DNA of 64,000 nucleotides, from assembly GCA_963765675.1 (NCBI GenBank), contig CAVXXK010000001.1, forward strand, positions 1,344,001-1,408,000. The letters run 5' to 3'. Made by a program: the position numbers and the translations under genes. This document shows, one piece after another, positions 1 to 9,640 of the stretch (positions within the stretch are counted from its first letter, which is position 1; every line of letters begins with the position of its first letter). The DNA is from an uncultured delta proteobacterium (GTDB lineage Bacteria; Desulfobacterota; Binatia; Binatales; Binataceae). The notes below the pieces were generated by a model. It was not told where the DNA came from, did no database searches, and saw only the letters and a program-made list of their open reading frames with translations.

Positions 1-1
1 G

Positions 2-598
2 CATTTTAACGCCGATAAAATTCAGCTCGTGCCGAAGCCGCTTCAGAAGCCACATCCTCCTATTCGCCTTGCGGCCAACAGTCCCGATACGTTCGTGTAT
101 GCGGGAACCCACGGTTATCCGATTTTTGCCGGCGGTCCGGTGAACCCGTTCCCGGTGCTCGCCGATCGCCTGGCAATTTACGAACGAGCCCTGAAGGACG
201 GCGGACGCGCGCGTCCCGACGATTGGTTCGCCGGCCTGCTGATGGTCTTCGCAGGACGCGATCGCGCGTCGGTGCGCGCGAAGATCGAGCCGAGCCTGCG
301 CAACTACTTCAAATCGGTCGCCGAGATCGTCGAACCCGAGACGCTCGCGGCGGCGAGTTTGGCGGAATTCGAGAAGGTGCGCACGCGCCTGCTTACAATT
401 CCGTATGATCAGATCGACTCGCAGATGGGCGCGTTCGGCGACACCGAGTATATCGCCGACCGAATCGCCGAGCTGAAAGAGCGTTTCGGCTTCACCCGCC
501 TGGTCTGCTGGTTCGAGACCGGCGGCCTAACCGGGCATGAAAACATCCTCGAAGCGATGCGTCTATTCGCCGAAAAAGTAATGCCGCGATTCAGGTGA
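2..598 (+). CDS. LLM-class (luciferase-like) flavin-dependent oxidoreductase, 5'-truncated by window edge
   Basis: PKPLQKPHPPI motif and C-terminal 'MRLFAEKVMPRF' typical of LLM family; frame stays open to the window start. Confidence 0.85.
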   Translation, partial: HFNADKIQLVPKPLQKPHPPIRLAANSPDTFVYAGTHGYPIFAGGPVNPFPVLADRLAIYERALKDGGRARPDDWFAGLLMVFAGRDRASVRAKIEPSLRNYFKSVAEIVEPETLAAASLAEFEKVRTRLLTIPYDQIDSQMGAFGDTEYIADRIAELKERFGFTRLVCWFETGGLTGHENILEAMRLFAEKVMPRFR

Positions 599-628
599 GG
601 GGGGCTGGCCCATATACGAGGTGTCGCG

Positions 629-1054
629 ATGCAGGTTAAAATCCGCCCGTTCGATGAGCGCGACGTTGACGCGCTGGTTGAGATTCTCAGGCTCAATCGC
701 CAATACGATTTTCCCGACGTCGAGGGCCCCGACGCGATGCGCCGTGTGGCGCAATGCGGCGCGGCGCTGTTTCTCGTCGCGACGATCGATGAGCGTCCCT
801 GCGGCTTGGTTCGCGCGGTCTATGACGGTTCGCGTGCCTTGATTCATTTGCTGTCGGTGCATCCGAATCGGCAGAAATCTGGAGTTGGCGCCGCTCTCGT
901 CGAAGCGGCCTGGGACGAGCTTCATCGCCGCGGCGCGTCGGGAATCTCCGCCACAGTGACAGACCAGAGCTTTCCCTTCTGGAATCGTGAAGGCTTCTTC
1001 CGGCTTCCGGTGTTTCTCGTGCTCAGGACTGAGGTCCTCAGACACACAGGCTAA
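629..1054 (+). CDS. GNAT family N-acetyltransferase
   Basis: LSVHPNRQKSGVGAALV acetyl-CoA motif A; 141 aa; GAGG RBS upstream. Confidence 0.85.
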   Translation: MQVKIRPFDERDVDALVEILRLNRQYDFPDVEGPDAMRRVAQCGAALFLVATIDERPCGLVRAVYDGSRALIHLLSVHPNRQKSGVGAALVEAAWDELHRRGASGISATVTDQSFPFWNREGFFRLPVFLVLRTEVLRHTG

Positions 1055-1117
1055 AGCCTGTGCCACTTAAGAGACCGCGATCTCTCTTTCTGAGGTGGCA
1101 CAGGCTTTAGCCTGTGT
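1044..1117. repeat. Inverted pair of 23-bp REP-like palindromes
   Basis: ACACAGGCTAAAGCCTGTGCCAC (1044-1066) is the exact reverse complement of 1095-1117; each unit is itself a hairpin; lies between convergent genes. Confidence 0.85.
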
Positions 1118-1144
1118 TCTTAGGACCTCCGAGCGGCCCGCGAG

Positions 1145-2938
1145 CTACGTCAGATGTCCAACGATCGCCGGTGCGGTGGGTGCCGTGCGATGGTTCCCGA
1201 CGGCGCGCAGAATATCGGTCTTGGTGATGAGCCCGGAAATCTCGCCGGTATGATCGTGTGTGATCAGCAGCATCTGCTCGCCGTCCTCCCGCACCAGCAG
1301 CCGCAGCGCTTCGCTCAAATCGCAATCCTCGCTGACCCGGGTGATCTCACGATCCGCGAGCGAACCGACAGTTGTCTTTTCCCATTCTGATGGTGGGACG
1401 CGGCCGAGATCCGACGCCGATACCAACCCGATAATTTCCTTGTCCTTGTACACCGGGAAATGCGTGTGATCGTGATGCGCCGCGACTGACTGGGCGAAAT
1501 CCGCAACCGTCGCCGACGCCAGCACCGATACGATCTTGCGCTGCATCACGTCGCGCACCGACAGGTTTCTAAGTTCCGCAATCTTCACGGTCTCGTGCAG
1601 ATGCTGATCGCCGGAGACCGACGCCTCGCCCGAAATCGCGTATGCCACCGCCGCGCCGATCAGGCTTGGGATGATGTAGGTGTGGCCGCCGGTAGTCTCC
1701 GCGACGAACACCACCGCGGTGAGCGGAGTTTTGTAGCCCGCCGCGATGAACGACGCCATCCCGACCGCCGCAAACATATCCACCGCGGGCGAGTGCATGA
1801 TCGATTGCGCAAACGCGCTGCCGAAGCATCCCCCGACCAGCAGCAGCGGCACGAACATCGCGCTCACGCCGCCCGAGGCGAGCGAGCAGATCGTTGCTGC
1901 GAGTTTGAGAATCGCAAAGGTAATCAGCAGATGCGACGGAAACGGCGTGCTCAGCACGTAACGCACTGCCTCGTAGTTGGGGCCGATCGGAATGAGCTTG
2001 CCGGGAAACATCGAGACGAATGCCAGCCCGCAGATCGCCGTGCCGAATCCGCCCGCCAGAAGCTTCACCGTGTGTGGCACGCGGCTGTGTACGAAAAAGA
2101 CGCGCACCCGGCGAAACGTGATGTCGAATACGATCGCGATGAGTCCGATTCCCGCGCCCAAAAGCGCCGACCAGAAAACGTCCGAGGCTTTGAACACGTG
2201 GCTCGCGCGGAAACCGAACAGCGGCTCGGCGCTCACCACCGTCACCAGCGTCGCGTACGCGACCACCGACGAGATCAGCGACGGCAGCAGCGCCTCGTGC
2301 GCGAGATCGTCTTTGTACGGCATCTCGAGTGCGAACACGATTCCGGTAAGCGGCGCGCGAAACACCGCCGCCATCCCCGCCGCTGCGCCGCTGATCAGCA
2401 TGATGCGCCGGTCGCGCGACTCAAGCCGCGTGTAGTGCCGTCGCAGCTTCACCCACAACCATGATCCGATCGCGCCGCCGCCGTAAATGCTCGGTCCTTC
2501 GAGCGCGGCGCTTCCGCCCGATCCGACCGTCGTCACGGCAGCGAGCAGCTTCCACCAGAACGGTTTGAAATCGATATCGCCCTGATGGTCGTGGTAGGAG
2601 CGGATGATCTCTTCAGTCGAATGTTCGTCGGGATCCGGCGTCCGGAATTGCATGATTAATCCGGTGAGCAGAAAACCGAGCAGAAGCCCCGGCAGGATCA
2701 TCCAGTGATGTGCCAGATAAAGCGGCAGCAGCGTCGCCCAGATCTTGCCCAGGATCAGAATTGTGAGTCCCGCAATAACCAGCCCCGTGATAACTCCGAT
2801 AATTGGCGCGACCAACAGCCACTTCTGGATATCGCGGGAATATGTCGCGCTGAGATCCTCGCTGATGAGCGCGGTATATTTCTTTAGCAGCGGATGCTGG
2901 AACAACGGCGAATCAAGAATACGAGCTACAACGCCCAC
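1145..2938 (-). CDS. ClC family chloride channel/antiporter with C-terminal CBS pair
   Basis: SAALEGPS and AAGMAAVFRAPLTG motifs, many TM segments, CBS-like C-terminus. Confidence 0.9.
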   Translation of the reverse strand: MGVVARILDSPLFQHPLLKKYTALISEDLSATYSRDIQKWLLVAPIIGVITGLVIAGLTILILGKIWATLLPLYLAHHWMILPGLLLGFLLTGLIMQFRTPDPDEHSTEEIIRSYHDHQGDIDFKPFWWKLLAAVTTVGSGGSAALEGPSIYGGGAIGSWLWVKLRRHYTRLESRDRRIMLISGAAAGMAAVFRAPLTGIVFALEMPYKDDLAHEALLPSLISSVVAYATLVTVVSAEPLFGFRASHVFKASDVFWSALLGAGIGLIAIVFDITFRRVRVFFVHSRVPHTVKLLAGGFGTAICGLAFVSMFPGKLIPIGPNYEAVRYVLSTPFPSHLLITFAILKLAATICSLASGGVSAMFVPLLLVGGCFGSAFAQSIMHSPAVDMFAAVGMASFIAAGYKTPLTAVVFVAETTGGHTYIIPSLIGAAVAYAISGEASVSGDQHLHETVKIAELRNLSVRDVMQRKIVSVLASATVADFAQSVAAHHDHTHFPVYKDKEIIGLVSASDLGRVPPSEWEKTTVGSLADREITRVSEDCDLSEALRLLVREDGEQMLLITHDHTGEISGLITKTDILRAVGNHRTAPTAPAIVGHLT

Positions 2939-3385
2939 CCCGGAATACTCCCATTTCTTCCCCGAGTTCTGCTACGCCAATGCGATTCGCATCGCGTCAG
3001 TCGGTCGGGAAGCTGTGCCGACCTGACACAAACGAATCAATAATTGTAGCATTTGCGCCACATACCAAAAGCCGTCTGGTCGCATAATTTCGATGCCGTC
3101 AGGCGCAATACGCTACACGGAAGCCAGAGCCGGGCGCAAAACTCTACGTTTGCGACACTTCGTCCAACGCAAGCGTCGCAGGGACTGCTAGAGATGACAA
3201 GACTAATCAACCCGACTGTTATCACGATTATGGTGAAATATGGTGCTCATGGCACGGCAATTGGATCATCGTTCTCGTCGCCGAAAAAATGTTTCTTAAC
3301 TGGCGAGAAATTTCCGCACCGAAAAACCAAGATTTAATTCTGCCATTGAAGTAACCTTACGGCGCTGGTGTCTAAGTGGAGTAGT

Positions 3386-3853
3386 ATGGAGAACGACGAA
3401 AAAGATCTCGAAGGCGCCGGCTCCTGCGTACGAATTTTTCTGGTCGAGGATAATCCCGATCATGTTTTTATCGCGCTTACCGTGATCCGCCAGGTGCTCG
3501 GCGACGCGATCGAGATGCTGCACGCGCAAAACGCTGAAGAAGCGCTCGACATGATCACGCAGTTCACCGAGTACGATCGTCCCGATCTGTTTTTTGTCGA
3601 TTTGCGCTTGCCTGACAACGGCGGCTTCTCCGTGCTCACCGCTGTTCGCGGCAGCGAGGTCTGCTCGATGGTTCCGCTGTTCGTCGTGACCAGCTCGATG
3701 TACGACCGCGATATCGCTGAGAGCTACGAGCTCGGCGCGTCGGCCGTTCTTTCCAAACCGCTGTCGCGCGCGAAGCTGCGCGAAGAACTGACCCGGATTG
3801 GGGCACTGCCGCCGTCGAGCGAGCATCCGCCCGGCACTACTTACCGACATTGA
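3386..3853 (+). CDS. Single-domain response regulator (receiver)
   Basis: LVEDN, FVDLRLPD (phospho-Asp), VTSS and KP motifs; ATG at 3386 after GGAG. Confidence 0.88.
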   Translation: MENDEKDLEGAGSCVRIFLVEDNPDHVFIALTVIRQVLGDAIEMLHAQNAEEALDMITQFTEYDRPDLFFVDLRLPDNGGFSVLTAVRGSEVCSMVPLFVVTSSMYDRDIAESYELGASAVLSKPLSRAKLREELTRIGALPPSSEHPPGTTYRH

Positions 3854-3993
3854 ATCTCGGTAATCGATTCAGTTGGGTCGGCTCGCGCGGCGAGAACGCC
3901 GCGATATTCGCGACCTGTGCGCGCTTGACGCCCACAGTCGCGAGTAGGATTCTCGGTGCTGGCACGGCGCAACTGGCGCATCCGAGGTTCCGC

Positions 3994-5235
3994 GTGAAAC
4001 CCCATTCATTCGATAAGAGCAACGCGCTCATGGAGCGCGCGCGCAAGGTTGTTCCCGGCGGCATCTATGGGCATCAGAACCCCGCGATGCTTACCAAGGG
4101 TGCGTTCCCGTCCTTCTTCGCACGCGGCCAGGGTTCCCACATCTGGGACGTCGATGGGAACGAGTACATCGACTACATGGCGTCCTACGGACCGATCGTG
4201 CTCGGGCATCGGCATCCGCGCGTCGAGGAAGCTGTCCGCCGCCAGATGGAGCTCGGCAACTGCTTCAATGCGCCCGGCCCGCTATGGGTCGAGCTGGCGG
4301 AATACATGGTTTCGATCACGCCGTTCGCCGATTGGACGGTGTTCGCGAAAAACGGCTCCGACGTATGCACTTGGGCGACCGTGTTGGCGCGCCACGCAAC
4401 CGGACGCAAAAAAATCGCGATGTGCTCGGGCGCGTATCACGGCGCGCACGTCTGGTGCACGCCTGCGCCGGGCGGCGTGATGCCCGAGGATCGCGCCAAC
4501 GTCGTTTACTTCAACTACAACAACCTGGCGAGCCTGCGCGACGTAATCGGCGACAACGAGGGCGAGATCGCCGGCGTGATCCTCTCTCCGTTCCGGCATG
4601 ACGCCGGTCACGACCAGGAACTTCCGGTCGAAGGATTTCTCACCGGCGTGCGCGAGCTGTGCGATCGCAACGGGATCGTGTTTATTCTTGACGACGTGCG
4701 CGCTGGCTTCCGGCTCAACATGGGCGGCTCCGGCGAGCTGTTCGGCGTGCGTCCGGATCTGTCCACCTACTGCAAGGCGATGGGCAACGGCTATCCGATC
4801 TCGGCGTGCATGGGACGCGACAGCCTCAAGCAGGCCGCGCAGGAAGTGTTTTTCACCGGCTCATATTTCACCAGCGCAGTTCCGATGGCGGCGTCGCTCG
4901 CATGCCTGCAAGAGCTCGCCGCGACGAATGGAATCGAGCGGATGCGGATGCTCGGCGAAAAGCTCCGTGATGGACTGCTGGCGCAAGCGCGCTCTCACGG
5001 TTTCGAGGTGACCTACTCCGGACCCCCCGCGATACCCTACATGACGTTCAAGGACGATCACGGACGTCACGATCGGATGAAAGTGTTTGCCGGCGCCTGC
5101 TCGTTGAATGGCGTCTACCTCGCGCCGCGCCACAACTGGTTCCTAACAGCAGCCCACACCGAAGACGATATCGCCCGCACCCTCGAGGTAACCGACGCCG
5201 CCTACACCGCCGTCCGTAAGCAGTTCCCCGCGTGA
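3994..5235 (+). CDS. Class III PLP aminotransferase (glutamate-1-semialdehyde aminomutase-like)
   Basis: IWDVDGNEYID, FILDDVRAGFR, PDLSTYCKAMGNGYP; GTG start at 3994 after GAGG (ORF track begins 3850). Confidence 0.85.
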   Translation: MKPHSFDKSNALMERARKVVPGGIYGHQNPAMLTKGAFPSFFARGQGSHIWDVDGNEYIDYMASYGPIVLGHRHPRVEEAVRRQMELGNCFNAPGPLWVELAEYMVSITPFADWTVFAKNGSDVCTWATVLARHATGRKKIAMCSGAYHGAHVWCTPAPGGVMPEDRANVVYFNYNNLASLRDVIGDNEGEIAGVILSPFRHDAGHDQELPVEGFLTGVRELCDRNGIVFILDDVRAGFRLNMGGSGELFGVRPDLSTYCKAMGNGYPISACMGRDSLKQAAQEVFFTGSYFTSAVPMAASLACLQELAATNGIERMRMLGEKLRDGLLAQARSHGFEVTYSGPPAIPYMTFKDDHGRHDRMKVFAGACSLNGVYLAPRHNWFLTAAHTEDDIARTLEVTDAAYTAVRKQFPA

Positions 5236-5252
5236 GGCTTCAATGTCCTAAT

Positions 5253-5327
5253 CCCTCTCCCTGCGGGAGAGGGCCAGCGGCGCAGCGATTGCTTTTTTTA
5301 GCAATCGCTGTGACGCGCGGGTGAGAG
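5253..5327. repeat. REP-like CCCTCTCCC-N3-GGGAGAGGG palindrome plus second hairpin (possible terminator)
   Basis: Hairpins at 5253-5273 and 5283-5310; same 21-bp unit recurs at 12411-12431. Confidence 0.65.
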
Positions 5328-5497
5328 CGGCCTTCCTGAGAGCTTTGTTGATCATGTACGGACTTAGCAGGAAAGCGAAGAAATAACGAAATGATTAAAC
5401 GAACTGTATCTCCGCTGAAAAAAACCTTGAATTTACAGCAATAATTTCCTCTCCGACCGCCAGATTTACCTGAACGAACCCACCGTTCCTGGGACGC

Positions 5498-6907
5498 TCA
5501 AATCTCCGGCCACTTGTTGTTCCATGGACGCGCCTGCTCATACGCGTACGCCGCTTGCAGCACCAAATCCTCGCGCAGGCGCTCGGCGACGATCTGCAAG
5601 CCCGCGGGCAATCCCGCGTCGGTCAAGCCTGCTCGCACGTTCGCGCCCGGATGGCCGCTCATGTTGAACGGATAGGTGAATCCCGCGACGGCTTTCAGTT
5701 GGTCGGCGGGTTTGCCGTTGATCGTGTCGAACGGAGGTCCTGCGGCCGGAAACGCTTCAGTCGCGATCGTCGGAGTGAGGAGCAAGTCGTAACGCTCAAA
5801 AATCTTGCGGCACCATTCGTTGAATTGATAGCGCAGCCGATAGGCCTGCCCGTAATGCCGCCACGTGATGTGCTCGGCGGTCATCGTGCCGGCCGCAAAT
5901 GCGCGGCCGAAGTCCTCGCGATGGCTCGCCAGCAACTCGTAAAGCTGCGCGTAGGATTGCGTCGCGCCCAAGCGCTGCCATTCGCGGCCGAGATCGGTTA
6001 TCGGATCGTTGATCACCGTGATCTCGTGACCGAGATCTTTGAATACGTCCACCGCGCGCGCGACCTCGCGCGCGACGTCGCTCTGCACCGGGTTTCCGAA
6101 GTCCGGATGAAACGCGATGCGCAACTTTTTCGGTATCCGCTCGAGGATCGCGTGATACGAAATTCCCGGATGCGGCAGCGAATCGGGATCGGCCGCATGA
6201 TACCCGACCGCCGCGTCCAGATAGAGCGCGGCGTCGCGCACCGTGCGCGTGAGCGGCCCCACCACGCTGGTGTCGTTCCATCCGAGCATCCCCAAAGACG
6301 CTTCCAGCGGGATACGCCCTTTGGTCGGCTTGAGCCCGAAGCATCCGACGTAGCATGCCGGAATTCGCACCGAGCCGCCCCCGTCGGACCCTGTCGTGAG
6401 CGGGACAATTCCGCCGGAGATCGCGGCCGAGCTTCCGCCCGACGATCCACCCGGCGTGCGTTCGAGGTTCCACGGATTCCGCGTCACGCCAAAAAGCAGA
6501 TTCTTGGTGAAACCGGTATATCCAAACTCGGGCGCGTTGGTCTTGCCGAGCACGATCGCGCCGGCCGCGCGAAGCCGCCCGACCTGCACCGAGTCGCCCT
6601 CCGGCATGTGGTCCTTGTAGACTCTCGAGCCGTGAGTGGTCGGCATTCCGGCCGCGTCTTCGAGATCCTTGACCCCGAGAGGCAATCCGGCCAGAGGCCC
6701 GAGCTCTTCGCGCCGCGCGATCTTTTCGTCCATCGCGCGAGCCTCGTCCATCGCGGCCTCCGCGCGCACCGCTACGAACGCGTTGACTTTCGGATTGACC
6801 TGCTCGAGCCGCTTGAGCGTCGCCGTCATCAATTCGCTCGGCTTGAGTTCGCGCCGCCGGATCATCGCGGCCAGCTCGTGTGCGGGTTTCCAATAGAGTT
6901 CGGCCAT
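5498..6907 (-). CDS. Amidase signature family protein
   Basis: GVKD, TPGGSSGGS, GSDGGGSVRIPA (Ser-cisSer-Lys triad); ATG 6907 with GGAGG RBS. Confidence 0.92.
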   Translation of the reverse strand: MAELYWKPAHELAAMIRRRELKPSELMTATLKRLEQVNPKVNAFVAVRAEAAMDEARAMDEKIARREELGPLAGLPLGVKDLEDAAGMPTTHGSRVYKDHMPEGDSVQVGRLRAAGAIVLGKTNAPEFGYTGFTKNLLFGVTRNPWNLERTPGGSSGGSSAAISGGIVPLTTGSDGGGSVRIPACYVGCFGLKPTKGRIPLEASLGMLGWNDTSVVGPLTRTVRDAALYLDAAVGYHAADPDSLPHPGISYHAILERIPKKLRIAFHPDFGNPVQSDVAREVARAVDVFKDLGHEITVINDPITDLGREWQRLGATQSYAQLYELLASHREDFGRAFAAGTMTAEHITWRHYGQAYRLRYQFNEWCRKIFERYDLLLTPTIATEAFPAAGPPFDTINGKPADQLKAVAGFTYPFNMSGHPGANVRAGLTDAGLPAGLQIVAERLREDLVLQAAYAYEQARPWNNKWPEI

Positions 6908-7012
6908 AGCTTTCACCTCCAGCGGGCGCAGCGCTGTGCTGGCACTGATGGGAGGGTTTCTACTACGGTTTGCATGGAAGCAAAAGCGCACGGGGATGCC
7001 GCGCGCGGCGGT

Positions 7013-7041
7013 TTGACTGCCTAACAACTGTTAGATAAACT
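7013..7041 (+). promoter_or_regulatory. sigma70-type promoter with palindromic operator in the spacer
   Basis: TTGACT-N17-TAAACT; spacer contains CTAACA-AC-TGTTAG (7021-7034); directly upstream of TetR gene. Confidence 0.7.
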
Positions 7042-7067
7042 TTGAACTGCGCACGGAAGAATCAATC

Positions 7068-7745
7068 ATGCGATCTCACTCCAAATCGCCCGCCGCTCAC
7101 ACCGGAACCAAAGTCGTTCCAATCCATCGCGGAATTGACACCCGCGACCGAGTTCTGGCGGTCGCGCTGCCGCTGTTTGCCGACCGCGGCTATCGCGGCA
7201 CCAGCCTGCGCGACATCGCGCGCCGGATCGGAATCAAGGCGCCCTCGCTGCTGCATCACTTTCCTTCCAAGCAGCAGCTCTACCTCGCCGTGCTGGACAG
7301 GATTTTCGAAGGGATGGAAGCCGCGGCGCAAAGTATCGCGACCGGAAAGGGCACCCGGCAGGAGCGTCTGGTACAAACGATTCAGGACGCGATCGACTAT
7401 ATCGCGAAGCATCCCGACTCGATGAAGCTTTTGTGGAAAGAGATGGCCGACGAGAGCGGAGTCGGACGCAGCCTGCTGAAACGCCGGATGCCGCCGCTCG
7501 ACGCGATCGTCATGAACTTTATTTTCCGCGGACAGCGCGAGGGCGAATTCCGCGCCGAACTCGATCCGTTTCATTTCATCCGCAGTCTCGAGTCGATCAC
7601 GATCGGATATTTCGGCACCGCCGCGATGATCAAGCGACTGTGGAACGTGAACCTGCTCGAGCCCGCGATTATCGAGCGCCGCAAGCGCGAAGTCGTGGAC
7701 ATGGTCGAGCGCACGCTGTTCGTCACGCCCGCCGGCAAAGCCTAG
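7068..7745 (+). CDS. TetR/AcrR family transcriptional regulator
   Basis: HTH 'FADRGYRGTSLRDIARRIGIKAPSLLHHFPSKQQL'. Confidence 0.93.
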   Translation: MRSHSKSPAAHTGTKVVPIHRGIDTRDRVLAVALPLFADRGYRGTSLRDIARRIGIKAPSLLHHFPSKQQLYLAVLDRIFEGMEAAAQSIATGKGTRQERLVQTIQDAIDYIAKHPDSMKLLWKEMADESGVGRSLLKRRMPPLDAIVMNFIFRGQREGEFRAELDPFHFIRSLESITIGYFGTAAMIKRLWNVNLLEPAIIERRKREVVDMVERTLFVTPAGKA

Positions 7746-7797
7746 GCGGCCTTCCAATTTCGCGCATTACACCCGGAAGAGAGAGGGTAATAGCCAT

Positions 7798-8991
7798 ATG
7801 AAGTTCGGAACGTTTTATGAGCATCAGTTGCCGCGCCCGTGGAAAGCCGGCGCGGAGCTGAAGCTGTTTCAGGATGCGCTCGATCAGGTCGAGCTGGCCG
7901 ACAAGCTCGGCATCGACCACATGTGGGAAGTCGAGCATCATTTTCTCGAGGAGTACGCGCATTCCTCGGCGCCCGAAATTTTTCTGGCGGCATGCAGCCA
8001 GCGCACCAAGCGGATCCGGCTCGGGCACGGAATCGTCCTGCTGCCTGCCGGATACAACCATCCGGCGCGCGTCGCCGAGCGAATCGCCACACTCGATCTG
8101 GTGAGCGGCGGCCGCGTCGAGTTCGGCACCGGAGAATCCTCGGCCGAAGCGGAGCTAGGCGGCTTCCTGATTCCTCGCGCCGACAAGCGCGACATGTGGC
8201 AGGAATCACTCGGCGCGATTTGCAGGATGTTCGTCGAGGAGCCGTTCCAGGGGCACGAGGGCAAATATTTCAAGATGCCGGTGCGCAACGTCGTGCCCAA
8301 GCCGGTGCAGAAACCGCATCCTCCTCTGTGGGTCGCATGCTCGCGGCGCGAGACGATTCATCTTGCCGCCAAGCTCGGAATCGGCGCGCTGACCTTCGCG
8401 TTCGTCAGTCCCGAAGAAGCTAAGATGTGGGTGAATGACTACTACACAACGCTCGCCAACGAATGCGAACCGATCGGCTATGCGGTCAATCCCAACGTCG
8501 CAATCGTGACCGGCTTCATGTGCGATCCCAATCAGCAGCGCGCCGTGTCGATGGGCGAGGAGGGGCTCAAGTTCTTCTCCTACGCGCTTGGGCATCATTA
8601 CATCTTCGGCCAGCACGAGCCGGGCAAGACCGACATCTGGTCGAACTACAAGGGGGTCAAGATCGACATCCCCGGCGCCGGCGGAGAGAACGCCTGCATC
8701 GGCACTCCCGACCTGATCCGCGAACGCCTGCGCGCGTATGAAGAAGCGGGCGTTGACCAGGTGGTCTTCATCTCGCAGGCGGGCAACAACAAGCACGAGG
8801 ATATCTGCTCGTCGCTGAATCTGTTCGCCGAAAAGGTGATGCCGGAATTCAAGCCGCGCGAGGAAAAGCGCGCGATGGAAAAGGCCGAGCGGATGGCGCC
8901 GATCATCGAACAAGCGATGAAGCGCAAACGCGCCCCGCAACTGCCGAAGTCATCCGGCGCAACGATAATCCAGGCCGGCATGGCGCCGTAA
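7798..8991 (+). CDS. LLM-class flavin-dependent oxidoreductase
   Basis: WEVEHHF, HPARVAERIATLDLVSGGRVEFGTG, PKPVQKPHPPLW. Confidence 0.92.
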   Translation: MKFGTFYEHQLPRPWKAGAELKLFQDALDQVELADKLGIDHMWEVEHHFLEEYAHSSAPEIFLAACSQRTKRIRLGHGIVLLPAGYNHPARVAERIATLDLVSGGRVEFGTGESSAEAELGGFLIPRADKRDMWQESLGAICRMFVEEPFQGHEGKYFKMPVRNVVPKPVQKPHPPLWVACSRRETIHLAAKLGIGALTFAFVSPEEAKMWVNDYYTTLANECEPIGYAVNPNVAIVTGFMCDPNQQRAVSMGEEGLKFFSYALGHHYIFGQHEPGKTDIWSNYKGVKIDIPGAGGENACIGTPDLIRERLRAYEEAGVDQVVFISQAGNNKHEDICSSLNLFAEKVMPEFKPREEKRAMEKAERMAPIIEQAMKRKRAPQLPKSSGATIIQAGMAP

Positions 8992-9017
8992 GAGCTGTCG
9001 CAGTGTAGTTCGATCTC

Positions 9018-9046
9018 GAAGGGCCGCCGTTTGGACGGCCCTTTTC
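9018..9046 (+). terminator. Probable intrinsic terminator
   Basis: GAAGGGCCG...CGGCCCTTTT hairpin just after LLM stop. Confidence 0.5.
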
Positions 9047-9091
9047 GTGGGGCGATGATTTCGGGTGACGGCTCCGCTATTCTGATTGTCG

Positions 9092-9610
9092 ATGAAGATG
9101 AAATTGCACAAATCATTCAGCTCGGCAGTGATTGCCGCGGCGATTCTCGCGCTCGGTGCTCCGACGCTAGCCTCCGACACCTCGACCGCGGTGCAGGCGC
9201 AAAATGTTCAGGCGAAAATCGCGCTCGCGAGCGCAAAGGTCGCGGCCGGGCACGACGTCGGCGTGACCGTCGATATCGCGATCGAGCCCGGATGGCACAT
9301 CTATGGAAATCCGGTGCCCGAGGATTTCGTCGCGACCAGTGTCACGTTCGACAGCCCCGTGATCGCGAAGCAGCAAATAAAGTTTCCGCCGCCGACCCCC
9401 GTTTCATTCAAGGGACTGGGCGAGACGCTGCCGGTCTATGAAAAGTCGGTGCGCGCGGCCGGGACCGTGCTGATCGATCCGAAGTCAAAACCGGGCGATT
9501 ATCAAATCGCGGGCACGTTCAAGTTCCAGGAATGCAACGATAACATCTGCAAGATTCCGCAGGCTGTGAAGTTCGAGATTCCCGTGACCGTAGAGGCCGC
9601 GGCGAAATAA
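9092..9610 (+). CDS. Secreted DsbD N-terminal (nDsbD-like) domain protein
   Basis: Signal peptide, IEPGWHIYGN and FQECNDNICKIP (CxxxxC) motifs; exact start uncertain (9086/9092/9098). Confidence 0.75.
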   Translation: MKMKLHKSFSSAVIAAAILALGAPTLASDTSTAVQAQNVQAKIALASAKVAAGHDVGVTVDIAIEPGWHIYGNPVPEDFVATSVTFDSPVIAKQQIKFPPPTPVSFKGLGETLPVYEKSVRAAGTVLIDPKSKPGDYQIAGTFKFQECNDNICKIPQAVKFEIPVTVEAAAK

Positions 9611-9640
9611 TCAGAGCGGCCACCAAGACACTAAGACACG

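Noticed and set aside
3994-5235. Calling the aminotransferase hemL
   Set aside because: Key motifs deviate (DDVRAG, CKAMGNG, YHGAH) and no haem genes are adjacent.
5555-7024. Long shadow ORFs (e.g. 5555-7024, 10203-11378, 38149-39933, 42883-44541, 45416-46717)
   Set aside because: They lie antisense to well-supported genes and have Arg/Ala-rich composition typical of GC-rich off-frame ORFs.
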